Positions 43,540 through 54,689 of a DNA stretch of 64,000 nt are shown here, in pieces. The stretch comes from Eledone cirrhosa (lineage: Eukaryota). Under the pieces are notes generated by a model that was given only the letters and a program-made list of their open reading frames with translations, did no database searches and was not told where the DNA came from. Numbering within the stretch: the first letter of the stretch is position 1; each line of letters begins with the position of its first letter. A program made the translations under genes and the position numbers. Location of the stretch: contig OZ024742.1 of NCBI GenBank assembly GCA_964016885.1, positions 110,794,001-110,858,000 of the forward strand, in the 5' to 3' direction.

Positions 43540-45060
43540 CTGAGGTGTCAGAGGGTCATGCTTTTAGAGTAGCGGCTGCTTATGCCCCAACTGCAGCTCG
43601 AAGACCGAAATTCTGTAGGCGTCTAAAGATTTTCTTGTGAGTATATTTAGTGTTGATGAGCGATTAAAAGGGAATTGTGGATGCACACGTAGGTTATATG
43701 GGATTAGCCGACAGGAGAATATTGCAGCGGAGTTCAGTGACTAGCGAATCCCAGCAAATTAGTGTTGGATATTGCGAACCACTGTATGCGTGTTAATTTG
43801 TCAGTGATGTATGTTCTACCCTATGAATTCTACGACTGCATGCTATTATTATCTTGGCAGTCGTCTATTACAGCTGGCAACACAAGCGTTAGGGCATTCC
43901 CATCGTATGGCCTGGGGAGTGAAAAACTGGGGAGAAAGGATCCGAACAAAGAGGACATGTTAGAAAACATCAGGTTCATTAATCTACAGAAAACAGACCT
44001 AGAAATGTTGGCAAAGGTGTTCGGCAACAACATGACGCTTGTCATTGGCAGTGTAGTCGACAACTCTTGGCATATATTGTAGTTCAGAAGTGAACGTGGC
44101 TTTCGTGAAGTGCTGATCAATCTAGATAAACCCAAAGCATTCAATAGAGTCGATTATCATGATTTGGTTTCTGTCTTAAGCGTTGCTTGTTTCATCTCTG
44201 GTATATGTCCGAGGGCTTACCTAAAGGGCTATTTATTTTATATAAAACACTAGGTTCGTCAGGGATGTCTCCTCCTCCCAGTCCTCTGCGTATGAAGATG
44301 GATCGCAGGAGAGTCAAATCCGCGTATGAAGATGATATTCTTCTCATGACGTCGGCCAGTTAGGATGTAGAGGTAGTCGCTACAATACTTGAAAAGTACC
44401 AGCAGATTACAGGAGCGTGCAACTCGACATGCGGAGAAGCAAGCCTATGCCTGCCAGTGGTAATTATTTCTGCTGGGTCGACTTCCCAGTTAAACTGCTT
44501 GAAATATATTTTGGGTCGAGACTCTAGGTAGAAAGGTTCTGCAAAGAAGTTCTGAACAAAGTAGCAAATCTCACTCAGAAATGGGCAGAGAGATAACTGT
44601 CATAAAAGGCTGTGTGTAGTTGGCCAACACTTATATAAAACCATCATAGTATCCCTCCCCAAAACAACTGACCAGATTGGAATGCAAGCTCCTTCTTTTA
44701 TATACAAGAGACAAGTCCATCTGCTACCAAGACCCACTCCATTGTGGCCCCGGGATGTCATCGCTAATGATGTGCAGACATGGGCTACGGCTAACGCATG
44801 TAGAATTATTTCGAGTAATGCTACGTTGATGACAATGAAAACGAAGTTCAAGCAGCATGGGCACCGTTCATGCGATACGTCAACTTGTTCATTGACCGAG
44901 CCTTAGGTCAAGTTCAAACCAAGTTTAAATGCCTAGCATCGAGAGTGCAGCCAGGTACATATGGCAAGGCAATTGGCGGCCGAAAGACGTTGCCTGCTTC
45001 CTATAAAGGTTTAGGGGAAGATATGACTAACGACAGCCTGTGGGTGCATTGAAGGTCGCC
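43540..45060 (+). mobile_element. Heavily deleted L1/Tx1-clade LINE ORF2 remnant
   Basis: In order: FRVAAAYAP (APE), INLQKTDLEMLAKV, VLINLDKPKAFNRVDYHDLVSVL, VRQGCLL, AYEDDI (degenerate RT motifs). Many lesions. Confidence 0.75.
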
Positions 45061-45389
45061 TAATCAAGAGAAATAGGCGAGCGTGACGATATTGATGATG
45101 TTGAATTAGTATATTCTGACTATACTTTCCTATATATGAGGAGAAAATCCTGGAGGTGAGATAGTATTTCTTGAGTTTGTTCCTTTCTAATGTGGGAACA
45201 GTTCCTAGTTGACATTTCTTATTATTTTGTATTGTTATTACGAATATTTATTGCAATTAGGGCTATTGTTATATTTAGTGTTTTCATGTTTTGATATCCC
45301 TGTCCCTTTATTTGATATCAGTCCCAATCTGTGATGTACTGTTTCTTTTTTCGCCTGTGTATTGCCTCCAACGTCTCATGAGTACTATT

Positions 45390-46000
45390 TTCAGAATTTC
45401 TTCTATTTTTGGACTTCCCAGTGTTTGAAGTAGGTAATAACCACCACATTTGCTATTATTTCTAAGGCACCTACAACAACTGGTACTGTTCTAATCTTGA
45501 GTTTCTACAGTTTGCCAATTTCTATTTCAAGATCTTTGTACTTGCTCAATTTTTGGTAGGTTTTAACAGATACATTATATAGATTAGGATAATCATATCA
45601 ATGAGAAGATATGATCTTTGTATGAATTCCTTCAGCATAGTGTCTGGTCTGTTGGCATCTATCTTTCTGTCAGTTTGAACAGAAACGTTCCTAATGCATG
45701 AGATAGCATCTTTTTCAAGCAATAGAGGTAGTCTATGTCCCTACCAGTTTTTATGGTAGGTCAGGCTTAGTTCTTTGCAACTTACCTAGCGGATATATTG
45801 TGATGCTCTGTAATGCCCGTTGAAAGACTCTGACGGCGCAGGAAGGTTACACATAGATGCAATGTAATTGATGGTTTCAGGATGTTGTTTATATATGCGA
45901 CATGTTTAGCTGATGCCATTCTTTAAGACTTTGGCCTGATAGCCTCTTATATGTAGACATTGATCCTGGGCTGCTATGATAAGCCCTTCTGTCTCTGATT
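45390..46000 (-). mobile_element. R4/Dong-like non-LTR retrotransposon 3' fragment (Zn-knuckle plus restriction-like endonuclease)
   Basis: Minus strand SETEGLIIAAQDQ...CRI...ETINYI...C...QTDRKIDANRPD...LLID...KLSKYKDLEIEI.KL...VPVVVGALE, with stops and frameshifts. Confidence 0.85.
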
Positions 46001-47083
46001 TATAATTATTATTATTAGTAATGTTATAGCCCCGTTGACAAACAGGTAGCACCATTGATAAGCTGATTAAGAACAGGGACACAGTAGCACAATTGATTTA
46101 GTCTCATAGTAACATAGAACAGAGTTCCATCATGGACAAATAATAAGACGTTGCCCATCACTTATCACAAAATGTATTTAACATAACTATATAAAGAAAA
46201 TTATACGGTCTTTGAATTAGAAATCAAAATGGACATGTTTATAGTGATATAAATGAATCATACATCGCGATCATATTTCAACTGAGTACACAAACAAAAT
46301 ATCAAATATTCTAAAGGGCTATTGTATTTTGAAATGGTAGAAATGTTCAAGAATAAATGTGAAAATAATACATTACCATATTGAAATTCTATTGATTTCT
46401 ATCTTATCTAAATAAGGCTTGCCAAATATTTACATTAATAGCCGATCAGCTGCTACATATTCAGTCAATATAACTGAAATCGCTTCTGAACAGAATTAGT
46501 CTCTCGTAAATACTAACAATGACAAACAATAGTAATGAAAACTGTAGCAAACGTTCAAAGGTTAAGGGTGGAATTCATATAAATGTATTGCTTCTAAATT
46601 ACAATAAATTGGGCGTCAAAAGTACAACACCACCGAATATGCCGATGCCAGATGACATAAATGTATATAGCAACATTGCATTTCTATATTACATGCATAT
46701 TTTACAGGAGGATTCTACTTAAAGGAGATTAAAAGAGCATCGACATATATCTGTAAAGAAAATATTTCCGTCTTAAAAGGAAAAATTAATTCTAAATACT
46801 AACTATTTGAAGATGTATTTTCAAAGCTAAGCAATATATCAGATATAGAAACAAAACACCGATAAACAAAAGAACAACTATAAAATGTATTGTTAAGTTA
46901 CACACAATTCATAGAAAATAAACTAATGATATAAGGAATCACAGCTAAATCAAACCTCAGAATAGTGATAGTATACAGAGCAACAAATGGCGAACCAGAA
47001 CAATACAAAAGATAATGTTAAGTGAAAGGAATATTTGAGACATTGAATGATAGAAAATCACAAAAATAAAAGCCATAGATATA

Positions 47084-47245
47084 ATAATTGTTTCTACTTT
47101 TGGCACAAGGCCAGCAATTACTCAGTATTTTACTGGTACTTTATTTTATCGACCCCGTAAAGAATTTGAACTCAGAACATAAAGGGACGTAATTATGCTG
47201 GAAAGCATGGCGTTCGACCCCCTACCGATACTGCCAATTCACCAC
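47084..47245 (-). mobile_element. SINE family A copy with internal deletion
   Basis: Both ends of the unit are present; ~25 bp of the central domain is missing. Confidence 0.85.
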
Positions 47246-47689
47246 CCAATAATAATATATGATTTGAAATAATTAGATAATTATGATGAAATATAAAAAT
47301 AAAAAACTGAAATATAACAATAAAAAGCCAAGAACAACGAAAAGTGTGAATGTAGATTGCCATCATCCTTATTGCGGATATATCAACATGGAAATAGAAC
47401 AGCAGAATGAATGGAGTAATATATGTGTCAGCCACAGTAGCTACAAAAGGAAGACAGTATTGCATAGATTTAGTAAAATATTTTCGTTAATTAAACCACG
47501 AATTTAACAAATGTGCGTATATTTAGAAAGATTAGTAAAAACAGTCCTTTTGTTCGATGAATGTGTTTCATATATTGCCTTAGATTGCTTTCTCACTCTG
47601 CAGATCGGACTCTTTCGTTTAACCACAATGTCTATTTGAACATTAGAACTAAAGGTATGTTTTATATTGTACATTTAGGCAATTTATTC

Positions 47690-47797
47690 ATGTGTATGTA
47701 TGTATGTAAGTATGTATGTATGTATGTATGTATGTATGTATGTATGTATGTATGTATGTATGTATGTATGTATGTATGTATGTATGTATGTATGTAT
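47690..47797. repeat. (ATGT)n microsatellite
   Basis: Direct observation. Confidence 0.95.
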
Positions 47798-48064
47798 CTG
47801 TTTGTTACTTTGTCAAGAGAATTCCGATTGCTGATAAAAAAAATTCTCAGTAACTGTATTAACTCATGAGACATGAAATTTCGTAGACATAACACAACAT
47901 AAACAAAAATATAGTCTTTGATTTAGCAATCAGTTTGTGTGATTACAGCAAGATATGAATCAAACAGACAGCACCATTATATTTTAACTGAATAAAACTC
48001 AACGAAAGTGAACAACTAAGTTAGATTAACATTGTGTTAGGAAGGGAATGACGAATACATTCCT

Positions 48065-48635
48065 CTTTGTCTCAACTTCCAACCGAGAAGATTACGCCTT
48101 GCAATCACTCGTGGTTGATAAAATAAAGTACCAGTCAAATACTGGAGTTGATTTAATTAACTCAACACTCTTCGCATATTAGAAATTACTAATTTCGACT
48201 GATTGCATTCTGAGTTCAAATCCCGGCAATATCACTACTGAGGTCTCGATAAAATAAAATGCCAATCAAGTATAAGTTTTGATGTAATCGCCATACACCC
48301 CACCCCAATGTCTGACCTTGTCTCTATATTAGAATAGGGATAAACATTTTGATCGAACAAAGTTTCAAATTAGTCTTTCAAGCTTTCGCTGTTGATAAGA
48401 CACAGTACCAGTCTACTAGTGTGATCAATTCAAACGATTAGCCATTTCCCAAATTGTTGGCTTTGTGCCTATGTTAAAAAAAACATCATTATTATACAAA
48501 TCCAGCCGAGGTTAACTTTGCATTTCATCCTTACGGGGTCGATAAAATAAAGTACCAGTCACGCATTGGGGTCGATTTAATCGACTTTCCCCATCTCCAA
48601 AATTGCTGACCTTGTTCCTATATAAGAAACCAATA
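48065..48635 (+). mobile_element. Head-to-tail cluster of about four partial older SINE A-related copies
   Basis: GATAAAATAAAGTACCAGTC-like motifs at ~48117, ~48248, ~48394 and ~48541, each followed by a ..CCTTGT.CCTAT..TAGAA-like tail. Confidence 0.7.
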
Positions 48636-49124
48636 TTGTTTATCATTTTCTGTTTCACTGCCATGAATAAACGAAGGCGCAACTTAATATGCTCCCTGCT
48701 TTATATCACTTTTGGGGTGCATAAGCGGCTGGAATCTCCAGCTGCAACACTGTTGTGTTGTCTCCCAGGTTCCTTGCAACAAATGGGTGGATGGCAGTGA
48801 ATTCATCTTCTCCTCTAGTCGAAGTGTCAATGTTAATTTCACCAGTTGGTAACCTGATATAACATTGGCAACTAACTCCACAGACTCGAAAGTCACGTAA
48901 AGCAGTCTTCCATTGAACATTGATACAGACAGTCAATTTCATCTTTATTCCCGTCTGATGATCAGAATATTTCCTAGCGTTTGTATGTTTATTCCACATC
49001 ATATGGTACTACATTGCAGGTGATGGCTTTATATACATCTTCTGATAATGGAGAATACATGTCTTTGTCAACCAAAACTATGATCCTCCTGGTTCTTTGA
49101 AGATACAACCAATACCAAATATAA

Positions 49125-49160
<36 letters not shown>

Positions 49161-49164
<4 letters not shown>

Positions 49165-50163
49165 AAGAACACAAGAGCGTCTACAACATCAAAAGAGTTT
49201 TATTGGCTAACAATGTTTCTTCCTTACGTGTAACCGTAGGATTCATCAGAGCTATAAAAGGGGTTTGATTGGTGTTCTGCAACTCCGATACACATATTGT
49301 TTATTATTTATTATTAAGATGTATAAACTGGACACAACTGTTATCATCCTATATTCTCTCGACGAATCACACTTGATCATATTTCTCTATCCTGTTTTCT
49401 CCCCCCATAATTATTATATTTTTATTACTTTTATTATTTTTTATTATTGTTTGAAAAAAATCGGTTTTTTTACATTGTGTTTTCCCCTCCAAATATTCGC
49501 TTATATTTCCTTATATATTCTCTATATATTTTTTATCTTTAGTATTATTTCCACTTTTATCCTCCTTTATATTTTACCTTATTCTTACCTTTACACCTTA
49601 TTATAGTGTAATCTTCCCCATGCCTTATTATACACTATTAATTATAGATTATTATTATTACTCTTCTTCCATTTCTAATTACCTCATGTACCTTCTCCTC
49701 CGCTATATGTATATATGTATTCTACGCCCTTCGTGTTTGCGTAGCCTCTAGGCACCCTCTGCACCATACTACCCACGCCACCCCATCTATGGTTCAGCTA
49801 ACCACCCGACCCCCGGGAATGAATATGACCGCAGCTAGTAAACAAGGACCAACACCCCACCCTCCCGCACCAAAATTAGACTTATCGTCCCCTACTTTTG
49901 CTCTTTACTCTCTCTACCCTTTGTTCTTGGGTGTTTGGTTGGTAGAGTCCATAACACCAATCAAACCCCTTTTATAGCTCTGATGAATCCTACGGTTACA
50001 CGTAAGGAAGAAACATTGTTAGCCAATAACACTCTTTTGATGTTGTAGACGCTCTTGTGTTCTTTTTCATATATACGGCTCTGCTCCAAAGCATAGAGCT
50101 AATTATTATGCTGCCAATACCTTAACGGGACACGGGTATATAATACCTAACTCCTACTAACCT

Positions 50164-50170
<7 letters not shown>
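49161..50170 (+). mobile_element. Non-autonomous PLE-type element with inverted hammerhead-bearing arms
   Basis: 116-bp inverted arms at 49161-49276 and 49953-50068, a ~680-bp non-coding pyrimidine-rich spacer, a ~95-nt tail and (TA)n flanks. Confidence 0.8.
49972..50029 (+). ncRNA. Minimal type I hammerhead ribozyme (mirror copy on minus strand ~49200-49257)
   Basis: TTATAGCT CTGATGA ATCCTACG-GTTACA-CGTAAGGAA GAAA C-ATT-G TT^AGCCAATAA. Core at 49980-49986, GAAA at 50010-50013. Confidence 0.8.
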
Positions 50171-50252
<82 letters not shown>

Positions 50253-50278
50253 CAGCTTATATCAGACAAATATTTTCT

Positions 50279-50356
<78 letters not shown>

Positions 50357-50382
50357 AGAAAATATTTGTCTGATATAGGCTG

Positions 50383-50510
<128 letters not shown>

Positions 50511-50537
50511 GTATGTATATATATGTACATATATATA

Positions 50538-50957
50538 TCCAGGGAGTGTAACGTGAAGTTACTCCAGGTGAGCACTCGATGTTTAGGTTTACGTCAGTGG
50601 CGAGGTGTGGAGCTAGACAGAGGGTAATAATACAATAGTACAAGGACGATTTGTCATGTTTTCATTACGTTGGTAAATTGGTGACGCACGTTTCGCAAGT
50701 GATCAGTTCAAGGTTAGATCTGTATCAATCTAGCCTGACTATGGAATCAAAAGCTCGTCGGACATCTGCTGTTGTAATGAAAGACTTGTAAATTGTAATT
50801 CTGTCATTACAACAGCAGAGGTCTGACGAGCTTTTGATTCCATAGTCAGGCTAGATTGATACAGATCGAACCTTGAGTTTATCAAGAGCGAAACGCGCGT
50901 CACCAATCAATAAACGTAACGAAGGCTTAACAAATCGTCCTTGTACTATTGTATTAT
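50538..50957. mobile_element. Fold-back hammerhead element, copy 1 (right arm truncated)
   Basis: Colinear with 53411-53942, including the same central spacer AAGACTTGTAAATTGTAATTCTG; (TA)n flanks. Confidence 0.85.
50820..50904 (+). ncRNA. Minimal type I hammerhead ribozyme
   Basis: GGT CTGACGA GCTTTTGAT...ATCAAGAGC GAAA CGCGCG TC^ACC. Stem II is 9 bp with one G.U, stem III is palindromic, and stem I is only 3 bp. Confidence 0.8.
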
Positions 50958-50958
50958 A

Positions 50959-51073
<115 letters not shown>

Positions 51074-51087
51074 AGATAGATAGATAT

Positions 51088-51297
51088 ATAGGAACGAGAA
51101 GGACCCCTACGGCTGAGTTCAAGCCGTTTCGACGGCTAATTCCGGAGTAAAATCAAATTTTAGTCCAGAATTAGCCGTCGATACGGCTTGAGCTCAGCCG
51201 TCGGGGTCCTACTCGTTCCTATTACCCACTATACTACCCTAAGTATTGAGTACTTTGGTGCGTTATGGTCCACCTGGTTCCTTACCACATTTCCTTC

Positions 51298-51300
<3 letters not shown>
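51088..51300 (+). mobile_element. Short palindromic element carrying only the 3' half of a hammerhead, plus tail
   Basis: Inverted repeat 51088-51222 and a ~78-nt tail. The arms contain GA(A/T)A-CGGCT..AGCCG-T(A/C) but no CTGAnGA. Confidence 0.65.
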
Positions 51301-51341
<41 letters not shown>

Positions 51342-51349
<8 letters not shown>

Positions 51350-51710
51350 ATACTTTGGGAGGGTCATGTTGCCAATAAGAAACACACGCACCAGAAACAA
51401 AATGGCGTAGGACAGAACAAAGGAGAGGCACAGAAACAAAGAAAGGAATCCCCAGTCACTGAAGAGGTCACAGAATGTGTGACGAAAGAACTATGACTAT
51501 ATATAAACAACTATCTGGTTGTGGAACCAACCAACCAATCAGAAATTCATAAATTTATAAATTTATTATAAATTTATTATAATAAATTGAAGTGAAGCAA
51601 CTGGTGCGTGTGTTTCTTATTGGCAACATGACCCTCCCAAAGTATAACAATATCGGTTTCAACACACGATTTCAGATAAAGAATCTTGCTAAACAAATTC
51701 AGAAACGAAA
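51342..51710 (+). mobile_element. Non-autonomous PLE-type element with 53-bp inverted arms and internal hammerhead
   Basis: Arms at 51342-51394 and 51601-51653, tail at 51654-51710, (TA)n flanks. Related to 62685-62909. Confidence 0.8.
51454..51498 (+). ncRNA. Minimal type I hammerhead ribozyme
   Basis: AGTCA CTGAAGA G-GTCACA-GAATG-TGTGAC GAAA G-AA-C TA^TGACT. Stem I is 5 bp, stem II is 6 bp and the core is intact. Confidence 0.85.
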
Positions 51711-52783
51711 TATATATATATATATATATATATAATTCAAGAAAGAAGAGTGACATGGTTCGCTATATAATAAGGGCTGTATTCACAATTGTTTCTTTGA
51801 TCTGGTAGGACGAGAGTTCGCTAGTCGCCTGATTTTGCGCCAATCGATCTCCAGTACTCTGTTTATAACCAGTCGTTTTCATCAGTGCACGGGAAATGAA
51901 GAAGATACACAAGGCATGGCTTTTATATAGGTGTGGTATTAAACCCGAACAATAATATCAATAATAAAATAAAATAACTAGAGAGCAAATAGTTAAAATA
52001 ATAACATCAATATAAGAGATAGAGTATAATGAAGAATCTAGCATATTAAACAAACTGATATGATACAGATGTATGGAATTGACATGTGAAAACTGCTATA
52101 GGGTACATTAGATATAGTGTTGAAGTGGCGACGAGGTAACAGTAACCACTACAATGTAGTTGGAGACAGGATTTATGAGGTATCTACAATGATGTAGGTA
52201 TTCTGGCAATAAACCGGAGATTTACTTATAATTTGACAGATAAACATTTTCGTTTTATTAATTTAGTGAGGATGATAATTTTTATGTGGTGTTAAATGGA
52301 GTTGTAGATTCGTTATTTAAGTGGCCTATACTAAAGGTAGGGATTGTTAGTTCGAATCATGGGGGTTTAGTTTTCACAGCATCAATAACAAATCGTGTAT
52401 AAATAAGACAGTAATAACAAAAATAATAGAAACAATAAAGGTAATAAAATAGTAAAATATGCATAGTAGATATATAGAACATGATGAATAATATTAGGGA
52501 TACATTGAGATGTTCATAATAATAATAAGAACAATAAGAGGAAAGTAAGATTTCAAGGAGTGTAGCAGTAATAAGGTAATGTACTTAGAATTAGGTTCAT
52601 CTGTTTGAGATCATGAGTGCTAATGAGAGATATAATTGTTTGGTCCGCAGCATCACTATGGAAACCTCTATGGAAACGTCTTGTTGAGTCAAACTAAGCC
52701 ACACGTTAATACTATCCTCTACACGAGATACCCTAACTGGACTACATCTAAGTGGACAGCCTATAACGATAACCTGTTATCCC

Positions 52784-52843
<60 letters not shown>

Positions 52844-52847
<4 letters not shown>

Positions 52848-53047
52848 GAAAAGAATTACTTCACTTGTAGCTGTAAACAATTTAATTTAATTTTATATTA
52901 TGATTTTACAATTTGCTTTTGTAGATCTACAAAAGCAAATTGTAAAATCATAATATAAAATTAAATTAAATTATTTAGAACTACAAGTGAAATCATTTTT
53001 TTCCTTCTTTTAAATATACCTAACTGGTTCAATGATTTCACACATTG

Positions 53048-53053
<6 letters not shown>
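52844..53053. mobile_element. AT-rich palindromic element with tail, copy 1
   Basis: Zero-spacer perfect palindrome 52879-52972 centred on GTAGA|TCTAC, looser outer arms, and a tail ...GATTTCACACATTGTCCAAT. Related to 54006-54201. Confidence 0.75.
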
Positions 53054-53104
<51 letters not shown>

Positions 53105-53202
53105 GGGATTTCTATCAACCAATGACCTCTACCCATCCCACTCCCTACCCTCTCCTACCACCTGAAGAGACCTATAAATACGATATTTATTTTTTGATAT
53201 CC

Positions 53203-53253
53203 AGATTCATGATGATTTCTAAAGAATGAAACAGTTCTAGTCCTGTAGAATCT
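53203..53253 (+). ncRNA. Hammerhead ribozyme with C3-to-A change, inside TA-flanked element ~53098-53336
   Basis: AGATTC ATGATGA TTTC-TAAA-GAAT GAAA CAG-TTCTAGTC-CTG TA^GAATCT. All three stems pair; the first core base is A. Confidence 0.6.
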
Positions 53254-53340
53254 CATCTATATTAAAACTTTTCTACTCTGCAATGTATTGTGTACCTTAC
53301 TTACTGTGGCTACCTCCGATTCAACCCGGAATAACGTATA

Positions 53341-53397
<57 letters not shown>

Positions 53398-53410
53398 ATG
53401 TATATATATA

Positions 53411-53939
53411 TCCAGGGAGTGTAACGTGAAGTTACTGTACGTTCACCCAGGTGAGCACTCGATGTTTAGGTTCACGTCAGTGGCGAGGTGTGGAGCTAGA
53501 CAGAGGGTAATAATACAATAATACAAGGAAGATTTGTTAAGCCTTCGTTAGACTTATTGATTGGTGACGCACGTTTCGCTATTGATCAGCTCAAGGTTTG
53601 ATCTGTATCGATCTGTCCCGGTTCTCGAATCAAAAGCTCGTCGGACCTCTGCTGTTGTAATGAAAGACTTGTAAATTGTAATTCTGTCATTACAACAGCA
53701 GAGGTCCGACGAGCTTTTGATTCCAAACTCAGGCTAGATTAGATTGGTACAGTCGAACCTTGAGTTTATCAATAGTGAAACGCGCGTCACCAATCAATAA
53801 ACGTAAAAAGGCTTAACAAATCGTCCTTGTACTATTGTATTATTACACTCTGTTTAGCTCCACACATCGCTACTGACGTGAACCTAAACATCGAGTGCTC
53901 ACCTGGATGAACCTACAGTAACTTCACGTTACACTCCCT

Positions 53940-53942
<3 letters not shown>
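53411..53942. mobile_element. Fold-back hammerhead element, copy 2 (complete, 532 bp)
   Basis: ~250-bp imperfect inverted arms from TCCAGGGAGTGTAACG to CGTTACACTCCCTGGA, spacer 53664-53686, CCGACGA...GAAACG(C/T)GCGTC cores on both strands, (TA)n flanks. Confidence 0.88.
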
Positions 53943-54005
<63 letters not shown>

Positions 54006-54006
<1 letters not shown>

Positions 54007-54201
54007 TTGGACAATGTGTGAAATCCTTGAAACAGTTAAAAGAAGGAAAAGAATGATTTCACTTGTAGATCTACAAATGCAAATTGTAAAATTATAATAT
54101 TATAAAATTGAATTAAATTATTTAGAACTACAAGTGAAGTCATTCTTTTCCTTCTTTAAAATATACCTAACTCTACGAAGGATTTCACACATTGTCCAAT
54201 A
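54006..54201. mobile_element. AT-rich palindromic element, copy 2 (tail on both ends)
   Basis: Terminal inverted ATTGGACAATGTGTGAAATCCTT / AAGGATTTCACACATTGTCCAAT; internal sequence shared with 52844-53053. Confidence 0.75.
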
Positions 54202-54300
54202 TATAATAATATATACATATATTACCTAACACACACACACACACACACACACCCACACACACACACACACACGCACACACACACACGCACACACACACGC

Positions 54301-54400
<100 letters not shown>

Positions 54401-54689
54401 TCCACAGCTCCCGAATAATATTACAACATAGTATCACGTGAGGAAGATATCGTCTTCGGACGTGATAGTCTATTAGTATTTAAGGAAATGCTAATTAAAT
54501 CTGTTAAGGTCATTATCGCTCATATTGTTTCAGTCTGATCTTAATAAGTGGTCAACTGGAGGGCTACTGGCAATAATAGATGTTAATATCTTGGCTGCCT
54601 CCCATAATTGCTTCATGATATCTTATATATTCTTGACTGCAGCGATAATACAAGAACAAAAATATCCCGATCTTTGTTTCAACCCCTAC

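Noticed and set aside
48065-48635. CRISPR-like repeat-spacer array
   Set aside because: The units are diverged SINE fragments with irregular spacing in eukaryotic DNA.
51346-51649. Solo LTR (TG...CA ends) or classical MITE
   Set aside because: There is no PBS, PPT or distinct TSD, the homologous tail extends beyond one arm in two copies, and it contains a hammerhead.
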